Positions 1 through 10,500 of a DNA stretch of 64,000 bases are shown piece after piece. The position numbers were made by a program, and so were the translations under genes. The stretch is from Paraspadella gotoi (lineage: Eukaryota; Animalia; Chaetognatha). The notes under the pieces were generated by a model. It searched no databases, was not told the DNA's origin, and saw nothing but the letters and a program-made list of their open reading frames with translations. Within the stretch, counting starts at the first letter, position 1. Each line of letters opens with the position of its first letter. The stretch is taken from the NCBI GenBank assembly GCA_051294375.1, contig JBJCIZ010000239.1:4283834-4347833 (forward strand), given 5' to 3'.

Positions 1-430
1 TTGACGAGTTTTGAAAGAGGGGTGGAAGAGAGAGAAAGAGAAGGAAAGAAAAGGACCAACGCAAGGGCGCAAGAGGAAAAGGAGCCGAAGCAGCCGAAAG
101 AGAAAGAGTTCAGATACTCCCGGGAAGAGAAAAAGAGGAGGAGGGAGGGGGAAGAACAGAGTTGGACGAGGGGAAGAGAAAGAGGGAAGGAGAGAGAAAG
201 AGGAGGAGGGAAGAGAAAGAGGGTAAGGGGAAGAGAAAGATGGTAAGGGGAAGAGAAGAGGAGGAGGGGAAAAGAAAGGGGTAGTGGAGAGAGAAGAAGA
301 AGTAAGGGGAAGAGAAAGATGGTAAGGGGAGAGGAAAAGTGGAGGAGCGGTGAAAAGAAAGGGGTGAGGGGAACGATAAAGGTTGGAGGGGAAAGAGAAA
401 GGAAGAAGGGGAGAGAAGGGGGGGGGGTAG
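1..430. repeat. Purine-rich low-complexity tract
   Basis: Almost entirely G/A with loose gtaaggggaagagaaag repeats; the ORFs here are compositional artefacts. Confidence 0.85.
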
Positions 431-517
431 CTTTTTTTGGTTTGCCATTTACAAATAATTTCTGCGCCTTGTCTTCCGGCGATTTTGCAGTCAGAATCAA
501 GTCATCCACATTAGAGC

Positions 518-652
518 GTAGTGAAAATTACATACAAAAATTCTAAATGTCAATTATGAACAACATACCATCAGTGAACATTAAGTTGTAAAAAAAATTA
601 ATTTTATATTCTTCAATTTTTGCGGTAGGCTATATTTATATATAGTACTATC
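518..652 (+). repeat. Dispersed ~130-bp repeat (second copy 3604-3722)
   Basis: gtagtgaaa.ttacatac.aaaattctaaatgtcaattatgaacaac...gtaggctatatttatatat.gtactatcc occurs at both places. Confidence 0.75.
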
Positions 653-936
653 CTTTGTTTTATTCCATTCTTTTCGTTGAGTTTAGGGATTTAGAAAAAA
701 AGTTCAAAATTTCAAGGCGTTTGAATAAACTTCGTTTCTCGTCCTGGAGACGATGCCTGCCTTCTAATAAACCTCCTGGTACCTTTTTAAAGCAGCCTTT
801 TTCACAGGTCCTTGGTTTACGAATTTTGGTTTGGGTAAGTTTTCCTCTGAGAATCCAAGGTCTACTTTGTAGTTTAGGAAACCCTCTTTGCAGTCGTTAA
901 TGTTTTCCCCAATTACATCCCTGAATTCCCAAACTA

Positions 937-1548
937 CTATCTAGGAAAAAAGTTAGAAACATTTTTTTTTAAAAGTTCATTTATTCAATAAAAAATATAC
1001 AAAACATGGGTAAAACATTCTCAATATTTGGTATGCCCTCCCTCGGCATCGACCACTGCCTGCATTCGTCTGGGCATGCTCTCGTAAAGCTGACACACCA
1101 AATGTTTTTGATTTGTTGTATCGCCGTAAAAAATTTGCAATGGTGGAACGAGGGATTCCAAGTCTATTGCTGATGAATTGTTGCGTCTTTCCCTCTTTTC
1201 TCAGAGCTACAATTGCACCTTTATGAACCAAAGAGAGGGGCTGTCTATTCGGCATAACCAAATTTAAAAAAATGAAAAAAATAACTAACTCAATTTGAAA
1301 TAGAAACAAATAACTCAATACCAAGAATTGTGTTAAACTAAAGGCGATTTTTTCCGCCATTTTTCACTTGAGGTAGCAATCTTATTTTGCCTCTAACTTC
1401 TATACGGTTGGATCTACGAAAAAATGGAAGGAAGCAACTGAAAGGAAATTTAGTGTAGAATCTGAAACATCCTGATTTTTTAAAAATCGAGCAAGTTTTC
1501 GAGTAGATATCCTCAATTAAAAATGTTTCTAACTTTTTTCCTAGATAG
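937..1548 (-). mobile_element. Non-autonomous Tc1/IS630-like DNA transposon (612 bp)
   Basis: Perfect 30-bp TIRs (ctatctaggaaaaaagttagaaacattttt at 937; reverse complement at 1519-1548), TA on both flanks (935-936, 1549-1550), internal HTH ORF. Confidence 0.85.
977..1255 (-). pseudogene. Truncated Tc1-type transposase N-terminal HTH domain
   Basis: MPNRQPLSLVHKGAIVALRKEGKTQQFISNRLGIPRSTIANFLRRY matches the Tc1/IS630 DNA-binding HTH pattern; no DDE domain follows. Confidence 0.75.
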
Positions 1549-2274
1549 TATTTCCCAAACCAAGTGAGCTTTCTCCCGAAGACTAGGATCGACGTCCTTG
1601 AAGGGCTTGAGAAACGACTCCTTGCCTCGTGCGTCATGTTTTTGGCGCCTCTTTTGACGTGCATCCTCCACCACTCGCATTTTCTCTTCTGTGGGTTTGT
1701 GGTGGATAATGGTTGTGACTGGAATGTGGTCTTTTCTCACCCTCCGCAGGAGGGTTTTGTCGCCTGTCATGTCCGCCTGAACGGGTTCGGCGGTGGCTTC
1801 TGTCACAAGGCCTAGACCCGTTTTGGCCTCATTTGTTATGAGAGGTCTTACGAATCCCCAAGCTCCAGGGCTATTGTTTACCTCCACTCCTTCGCAAAGT
1901 TGGTGGCCATCGAAGAAGTAGGCTTTTTTATTTATCGACTCGACTATCCATTTTGATCCAGCAAGAGTTTTCCAATAAGGCCTGCTGGACATTAGTCTGA
2001 TGGTTCCTTTGGCATCGCGCTCGGCATGTACGGGTAGGGATGTCTCCTCGTCTAGGTTTCCACGCGCGAGCCACCTGGCAGCTTTTAGGGCCTCATACTT
2101 CTCTCTGAAGGGGTGAGTGACCGGTTTATTGGCCATCAACGCGATTTGTAAATCGTCCCTCTGTTCGGATGGCTGCACGAACCAGAGTTGTTCTGGAGGG
2201 CCTGGGTTGGTCAGTGACCACTGTGGTCACTGCCATCCGGATGATGATGTCTTGGTCACTTTCGTCGGCTGATA

Positions 2275-2610
2275 TGTAAAACACTGTTTTCAGCACCCAT
2301 TTCTGAAACATTACCCAATCTTCACTACATTTAAGTAAGTAGACAGAGATTTCAACATGAAACCAAAGTGAATTTTATTCTCAGAAAAGTCATAAGGAAA
2401 GACGGTGTCAGAATTTGAGGCAGAATGGATTCAATACAAAAAAATGGTCTAGTATTTATAGTAGTTTTTATACAACACGGGCTTGATTCCCGATGGCATG
2501 AAGCCTCTCTTCTCATTGGTCCGTTTCAATGATGATTCATCCAATCAGAGAGACCTCGGCGGATTTTATCCGAGTCGCGGATCCGATTCCATTTTTGGTT
2601 CTGATTCCAT
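2275..2610 (-). mobile_element. Possible LTR remnant of the decayed Gypsy element
   Basis: The minus strand shows a CCAAT-like box, ctataaata (TATA), aataaa and an end in ...ttttaCA, upstream of the pol-like ORF. There is no clear TGG primer-binding site and the distal boundary is uncertain. Confidence 0.35.
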
Positions 2611-2634
2611 CTGCGATGGTAGGATTAGGGTTAG

Positions 2635-3125
2635 GGGGAGCCTAACTCAGTAAGGTGGTTAAGAAATTTGAATTAAGCACCTGCTAAAACGAAAATTTAG
2701 ACATTTTTTAAAAAAATTGAATAGACAAAAAATTTTAATATTACTCCATACTCCATATATTAATTTTTTAATATTTATTTATAAATAGGAAAGGCTAAAA
2801 TTTTTTTTAGGATTTTTTTTATTTTTAAGATAAGATTTAGGGAGCTTGCAAAAAGTTGTCTATACAAAGTATAATTCTTTTTTTCGATATTTTGATCATA
2901 AGTGGGTGAAAAATATGAAAAACTATTTATAATCATCATCATCATCATCTTTCGATAATTTTATTACTTTTTCTTAATTTTGACCAAGACAACATAATGC
3001 TCTATTATATAGTAATATTGTCATTTTGATAACAACAATAAAAGCAATAAAATCGAACTTTTTTAAAAATTCATTTTTTACCTGAAAGTAGGCTTCAAAA
3101 CTAAAGTTTTGAACCCCCGCCCCAA
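2635..3125 (+). mobile_element. AT-rich dispersed non-autonomous element (related copies ~59663-59938 plus 61862-62770; 26140-26480 on minus; ~19400-19800; ~20140-20520)
   Basis: Shared start agcctaactcagtaaggtgg.taagaaatttgaatt, internal catcatcatcatctttcgat motif, shared end tttgaacccccgc. Confidence 0.55.
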
Positions 3126-4950
3126 TTGAATTTAATTTTATAGTATATTTCTAAGAGGAGTTGATAATCAGATTAAAGATTTTAAAGAATTTAGTTTGAT
3201 ATATTATTATTAGGGCTGTATGTATGAAATAAAAAAAATAAAGCAGTCTTGGAAATTAAGATTAAAGTTTAAGGTTAGGAATAGGCTCATATTAAGGATT
3301 AGGCATTAGAATTAGGTGACTGTTTGGAGTTAAGAATTGGCACTATGCTTTAGGGTTAAAGATCCAGGATTAAGGTTTTAGGTTAAAGATAAAATTATTA
3401 AGTAATAAATGTAAGGCTTTGGTAATGAATCTCGTAATGTTCAAATTAAGATTACATATAAAGAGATTTTTAAAAAAATATTTAAATATAAAAATTAACT
3501 GTAATCTGAATTTGATACGAAATAAAATGTGGCATTTTGAGAAAATATGGCTATTGATATAGATATAGATATAGATCGCGCGTTGAATGTTGAACACTAA
3601 GGAGTAGTGAAAGTTACATACGAAAATTCTAAATGTCAATTATGAACAACAACTTTGTAAAAAAAATTAATTTTATGTTCTTCAATTTTTGCAGTAGGCT
3701 ATATTTATATATGGTACTATCCGTATAAAATCAAAAACTTTCAAAATAGTCTTTTCTTAATTTTAATTGCAGATTTGAATTCCTCGTTAAAAGTTGATAA
3801 AAGAAAATATAAATCATTTTTAAAAATTCTTTCATGAAGTGGGTTAAAAATTAAAAAAACTATATTTAATATATAAAATTTTAATTTACAGCTTAAAATA
3901 TAGGTTTTTTTATATTTGATCAACTTAATGAAAGAATTTTTAAAAAAGAGTTATATTTTTTTATATCAATTGATCAACTTTTCAATCCAAATCTGCAAAA
4001 AAATGTTACAAAAAACTATTTCAAATTTTAACATTTATTGGATTAGTATTAGTACTAATATAAATATGGCCTTCTGCGTAAATTGTAAAATTTATTATAA
4101 AATTTTAATTTTTAGTAAAGTTAAATTTAGAATTTTTACTACGCTTTCTTGAACACAGCGCACTCATTTTCGGAACAAGGTTTCATTAAAAAATTTACCG
4201 GAAGTGACATCAATTATAAAAGTGGAGGATGCCGTTTGAAAAATTAGTGCTGCGGGATAAGTCGTAGGCGTCATCGCCAACGCAAGGCGACGCCGATAAC
4301 GCTTTTTTTGATGGCGATCGAATAAGAAGGCTTCTGATTGGTGGAGATCGTCTTCAAAAATGGTAGAATCGATCTGTGATTGGTTGAAAAAAAAGATCGA
4401 AAGATAGAATAAAGAAAAAAATGAGTAAAAAATTTATTTAAACTCGTCAGCTTACTTATATCAATGATACTGATAATAAAAATAAAAATGTTTTACAAGT
4501 AAAAAAAATATGATCCTAACAAATTTTAATCTATCATTGCAAATTGATGCAATAATCAATTGTTCATTATCCAATCAAACTTTTCTTAAAAAGAAAATTA
4601 ATTTTAATTATAAGAATAATTTTAAAATATTTGGCTCTCTTTAGAGTACCCAATTTCTATTTGTTTATCTAAGAATTGATATTCAACTTTTATATTTTAC
4701 TCTAGCCCTAAACCTTGATAATAATTTTTAACTCTAACCTTTAACCCTAAATACTAGTCCCTAAATCAAATCCTTAACCATAATCGTAAACCAAGTCCCT
4801 AATCTTAATTACTAAACTAATCCCTAACCTGAATACCTAATCCTAACCTTTAGCCTAATTTTTAATTAAAAAAAAAAATTTCCGAATTTAAGAAAAAATG
4901 GAGCGTTCTGGGAAAATAAGGCCAAATGTCCCCAGGCATTTCAAAATCAC

Positions 4951-5175
4951 CCGGTATCGATCCTCAGTCGCGGGCGTCGACCTCTTCCGGTATCCCTCGA
5001 CCGTCCACGAACCCCGCGGCCCGGGCCACGACCGGGAAGGCTCCGACCATATCGACCCTTCGTCGATAAGGGTCACCGCGGGGGCGCTCAGTGTCTTTCC
5101 GGTGGAATCCTCGACATTTGTTGATCCGAGACCGGCGAAAAAAATCCAAGTCAGCATTTGTGTCGCCAATCTCAT
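4951..5175 (-). CDS. Candidate first coding exon of a divergently transcribed, possibly secreted protein
   Basis: CpG-rich island like the true exons here. ATG at 5175; MRLATQMLTWIFFAGLGS (signal-like) ... EGYRKRST (basic cleavage site); phase-0 donor cgg|gtgatt at 4950. No downstream exon was identified in the window. Confidence 0.4.
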
Positions 5176-6010
5176 TTTTGAGGAAATTTTTTATAAACTT
5201 TTTTTCCTTTTTTACGTGTGTTATATGTTTATTTAGTTGCTAACGTTCACACGATCTTATACAATAGTTGTACAATAGTTTCTGTACGTTTTAATATAGT
5301 CGTTTCGCGTCCATCGTCCATCGTAATTTTGAATGATAACTCTTCGTGTCATATTGATGATTTCACTTTCAATAATTATTTTTAAAAAGTCAGTGACCGA
5401 ATTGAATGAATATTTTCGCCGTAAAAAAGCCGGTCAAAGGTTTGGAGGCATAAAAGCTTGTTAAAGGTTTAATGTTTGTATTGAATTAATTTCATAGTCA
5501 TAGATGAAAAGTGAATTACAAACTTAAATCAAAAGTGAAAAAAAAAAACAACTACGGGCGCGTTCTGCTTATTAGTCGTCATGGAAACAAGCGAGATATT
5601 TTTAGTCTCTCTCTCTCTCTATCTCTCTCTCTCTCTCTCTTTCCCTGTCCTTTTGTTATCTAATTCCCACTCCAAGACTTTCCTCCCGTCACCTCCCGTC
5701 CTCTCACCGCTTTCGAAGGAAACGCGAAACAAAAGGCCAGTTTCAAGTTGTTCCCGATGACCACGGTCTGTCTCTGTCTCTCTATCAGACACACTCTGTC
5801 TCACACCACTTAACCCTGTTCTTCTGTTTCAAACTTGGGGAAGAGAGCTCGTCGTCGTTCCGTCGTCGTTCCGTCTTCCTCGTCGTCGAGGTTATGACTG
5901 AAAAACTGTACCGACAATTTTCACTATCTCGTTCTCTCTCTCCCTTTTATGCTTACATAAAAAGTACTTCGTTTATTTTTAAAGTTTCATAAAATAAAAA
6001 AAAATATAGA

Positions 6011-6604
6011 GAAGCCAGGTACTCTGGGAGTGAATAAACGGGACTGTGAGAGAGTCTTGATTGAAAGCTTGCAGGGACCTGCTATGTAATTATCTTGTAA
6101 GAGTGATGGAGGCCTTAAACCACCAAAGCCTGTCCAAAGTCAGGGGCGAGATAGCTTATTTATTAAATGAATGGATAATTTTTATATTGGTTGTACCAAT
6201 TTCATATTAATAAAAATATATAAATATTAAATATATATAAAATAATAATATGAAATTGGTACAACCAATATAAAAATATATAATAATAAAAATATATATT
6301 GGTTGTACCAATTTCATAAAATTCAGCTCCTTGTATTTTGATGCTAGTGCGGAGTACAATAAGTATTCCCCGATCTAATACTTAAGGGAGTGGTCTTTTC
6401 ATACAATTGAAACATTCCTTGAAATATTTTCCACTTCATTGATATGGAAGCCAGGTACTCTGGGAGTGAATAAACGGGATTGTGAGAGAGTCTTGATTGA
6501 AAGCTTGCAGGGACCTGCTATGTCATTATTTTGTAAGAGTGATGGAGGCCTTAAACCACCTTAAATGAATGGATAATTTTTATATTGGTTGTACCAATTT
6601 CATA
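6011..6604 (+). repeat. ~320-bp repeat family: two partial direct copies with a short inverted terminus between them
   Basis: Same sequence as the 44293-45241 array. Terminus attggttgtaccaatttcata at ~6205, ~6317 and ~6604, inverted at ~6250-6270. Confidence 0.85.
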
Positions 6605-7124
6605 ACGTATTTTATATATTTTACGGTTTGTAAATATGTAAGGAAAATAAAAAGGCACTGTTGCTTGACCGTTTACGCCGATTCACAATAGCGAGGGCTT
6701 CAGGCTTCTTTACATTCAAAACATTTTGCGGTGTTCTCAAGGGAGTGGTCCTTTTATAAAATAATATATTTTTTGTTAAATTTAAATTTGAAATATAATA
6801 TTGTATTCATAAATATATACGTACAAAAAATCTGCAGAAAGAAAATTAGTTGTAATCAACTTAAAGTAAGTGGAGAAACTATATGGAAAAATAATTGTTT
6901 TATAGTAAAGAAAAAACAGTTGCGTGATACCCCAGGTTACTTTCAAAGCTTTTTCATGTATAATTTTTTTTCATGTCATCTTTTATTGAAGCAAATTAAT
7001 ATGAACCCTTACTAATACATTAGAACTTAATAATCGGTGTGTATGTCTGTTAGTCAGTCTTCCATTTATATTAAAAATGTATTTATATTTATTCATACAA
7101 TAATATAATAATTAAAATTACTAT

Positions 7125-7345
7125 TATATCAATCAATTATTATTATATCAATGAATTAGTATTAGATCAATCGATTATTATTTCATCATTCAATTATTAT
7201 TACATCATTCAATTATTATTACATCATTCAATTATTATTACATCATTCAATTATTATTACATCAATCAATTATTATTATATCAATCAATTATTATTACAT
7301 CAATCAATTTCTATTATATCAATCAATTACTATTTTATCAATAAT
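7125..7345. repeat. ~19-bp AT-rich minisatellite
   Basis: Tandem tcaattattattacatca(a/t) units. Confidence 0.8.
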
Positions 7346-7533
7346 TCGCTATCGTATCAATCATTCGTTTTTTTATAGATTTTTTTATTAATTTTCTTTG
7401 ATAGTAACGTCTGGCGAGATCACTATGCTTTTAATATTTTTTAAATAGGGAAGCGAGAAATTGGGATCGCTAAACAAAACTAAAACAACAAAACCCAAAA
7501 AAACAAAACCACGAGGACCGGAAACGATGCGCC

Positions 7534-10500
7534 ATGATTCCGATGCCGGAAGTTCTCTCTTTTGGCGAAGGAGGAACCATTCCTGACGAGTCGTTGGACG
7601 ATCGACAACGACAACGAGGAGGCGTAGAGCCGTCCGATTCCGAGCCGCTCGTCCAACGACTGCTGCAGAAGAAGCAGCAGCATCACGACTCCGCCCAGCA
7701 GCGGGACGCCTCGCCGCAGCGGCTGGAGGTGCATCATCAGCCGCAACTGCAGGCGCAACAAATAAGTCAAACTAACGACGTTCGACGCGGAGCCGACTGT
7801 CCTAACTTCGAACACCCCGTCGTCGTCCACAGTCGTCGACCGCCCCGAAGACACCCTTCTGTTCCGGAGACGGACATTGCCTCCGAGTTTCGCGACCTCG
7901 TCCACGAAGCCTGCGCCCCCAGCGGATCCTCCGCCTCGGCCGGCGGCTCCTGCGCCATGCGGCCGCGGGGCTCAATCGTTATGTTCGAGAGGGCCGCGAG
8001 AGGGTGTTGGCTCAATCCCAGGTTTTGAAGGCTTCGTTGTAGGGGAGTTCGGTACTATGTGTAATTTTGTATTAGGGCAACAAAGAAGACTTTGTACTAC
8101 ATTGTAGCGGTATATTCACTAGGGTGGAGTGATATAAAGATTGAGCGATGGAACAATGTTTTTTGCTGTCTTTGTATATGTAATAAAAAATAATTAAGCC
8201 CTTTTTCAAAAAAAAAAGTTGTATAAAAGTATTATTAATTGAATTTTTTTATAGTAATTATCCTTAAAAAATCATAAAATTTCAAAATCATATTTTTTTA
8301 ATTTTAATAACAGTTTCGGATTATATAATATTATTATTATAATATTAATTAAAAGCTATCATTTCTTTTATATTTTTTTTATATAAATTTTTTTACACCC
8401 AAGAGCCCGGGCCTCTGGTCTTTGTGGAATATGATCGGAATAACTACTTTTAATCCCTTGAATCAAATTAAACTGCTTACTTTAACACGAGTAAGTCTAT
8501 GATTAGAATTAGCATAGAATAATGAAACGGAGAAAGTTTGACCTTCACCGACTGGGATTTTCACTTTTTGTGAGTGATAATGGGCTAAATTTTTCTTTCG
8601 CTGACCGTGGTTTTATTTAATTATTTAAAAATATTTATTTTTTGAAAAAAGTTTAAAAATTTTTTATTTAATTACCTTGTGATTAAACTTTCTTTCGTTG
8701 TGATTTTAGATAATTGAAATTAAAGACAAAAGCACTGATGAAGGCTTGAATGAAAGCCGAAACTTGTCTGTACAATAAAATAAAATCGTTGCTGTATCAA
8801 GACTTTGTCTTTAATTTCAATTATTTAATTACCTTAACCCCTCTTAACCCTAACTACCCCTAACCCTAAACCTCCTTTAAACCACCCTTAACCCTAACCC
8901 CTCCCTAACCCCGGTCGGCGAAAATAAAATTAATCCTCATTAATAAACTACCCTTAAACTACCCTTATACCACCCACAGCACTAAACCCCTCCGTCGACG
9001 AATAAAAAATTATGCCAATAAAAATGTCTCTCTCTCTCTCTCTCCCTCTCCCCCTCCCCCTTTCTATCCACAAGATTCGACTCGGAAATTCTGGAGGAGC
9101 AGCAATGGCTTTCTTCTTTTCCTCAAACACGAAGCCGATTTAAAATCGCACTCATCTACGTCGCGTTGACCGTCTTCTTCTGGATGATCTTCTACATCGC
9201 GACTTCGGAGGTGGAATAGAGCCTAGATTATTTTGGATTATATATAATTATTTATTATCTATTTATTAATTATTATTTTGGATTTATTATTTTTCTTATT
9301 TTGGGCTTCTTTGGATTCGGGGGTTGCGTTGGGGATTGGGACGTGGGCGGTATCGTTGTGGAATTGCGTGCCGTGGATTGTGGTTTCATCTCCAGGGGGA
9401 CAGGATAATTTGCTTTGTGGCTGGATAATAGATGTAAATTTAGCTAGATTGGCGTTGATTTAGGATCGGACTTGATCGCAATTGGACGGGATAAAGATTG
9501 GTATTGATTTTCTTTTTTGGGGGGGGGTCTTAATAATTTTGAATTGGAATGAAATTGAATTGGGATAAATTAAGAGCAATATGGAATCATGGATTGTAAT
9601 TTGGGCAGGATTGAGGCGAGATGGAATTGGAACGCGATTAATCTGGATTATTATCATAATAGTTTGAGCTATTTGCAATCCATTACAAATAGATTACATA
9701 CTACTCGATTGTCATTATATATTCAATTTATTCGAATACAAAATGGTTGAATCAATTCTGAGCTGTTACAACATACAATACTAAGTCTGAAGAAAAGAAA
9801 ATAACAAATATAAGTTTCCTTTAATTTTCATAGTAATTTATAATGGGCGTAAACTTTAGAGACCAACTTTTTTTACAATTATTAAACATTGTTAGTATCT
9901 CATGATATCCACAGATATTATGCAAATCACTTTCCCATCGATTGAATTGATAAGGGCTAAATCTAGGATCTGGGATCTGGGCTGGATTAAAATCGGGCTT
10001 GATCGGAATTTGGCTTGATCGGATTTGCTTAAATTAAAATAGGGCTGGACATGGGATTGAATGTGATTAGGCAGAAGTGAAATGGGTTTTTTTTTTATAT
10101 ATTAAGGGATTTATTAACAGTTAGGTAAATTTAGATAATATAATTTATGATTACTTGATTACTTTATCTAGTATTCTGATGCATTATAGCATTATATATA
10201 TATAGCGTTATACATATAGCATTATAGCTTTATCAATTAATTTATTCCTCAATCAAGTCATTGATAAATTAAATTCATTGATCAATGTCCAAGGACAACT
10301 GGGCACCCTACGCCGTGGGTGCCGCTTCTTGCCTCATCGTCATCTTCGGCTTCCTCGTCTTTACTTGGTCTCCCTTTTATCAGAAGTTCTACCTGACAAT
10401 CTCCGTGTTCCTGGTGCTGTTGCTGGGGACGTTATCCCTGCTCAGCTTTGAGTACAACGCCAGAACTGGTTAGTGGCAATGAAGTAAATAAAGATTAAAT

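Larger units (their letters stand above)
440..2274 (-). mobile_element. Decayed Gypsy-type LTR retrotransposon pol fragment, interrupted by two insertions
   Basis: The minus ORF 2178-1551 continues after the 937-1548 insertion as ...VWEFRDVIGENINDCKEGFLNYKVDLG...KRYQEVY*KAGIVSRTRNEVYSNAL, resembling a Gypsy RT N-terminus. At ~512-445 it reads NVDDLILTAKSPED, a decayed YVDD catalytic motif. Confidence 0.7.
8590..8930 (-). mobile_element. MITE with telomere-like interior, interrupted by a Penelope-derived micro-insertion
   Basis: TIR ttttctttcgctgaccg ... cggtcggcgaaaataaaat with a degenerate (CCCTAA)n interior; same family as 20755-20940 and 26862-27039. Confidence 0.65.

Noticed and set aside
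1513-2178. Endogenous viral or host gene for the 221-aa minus ORF
   Set aside because: After removing the TIR element it runs in frame into Gypsy RT-like sequence, so it is better explained as the pol region upstream of RT.
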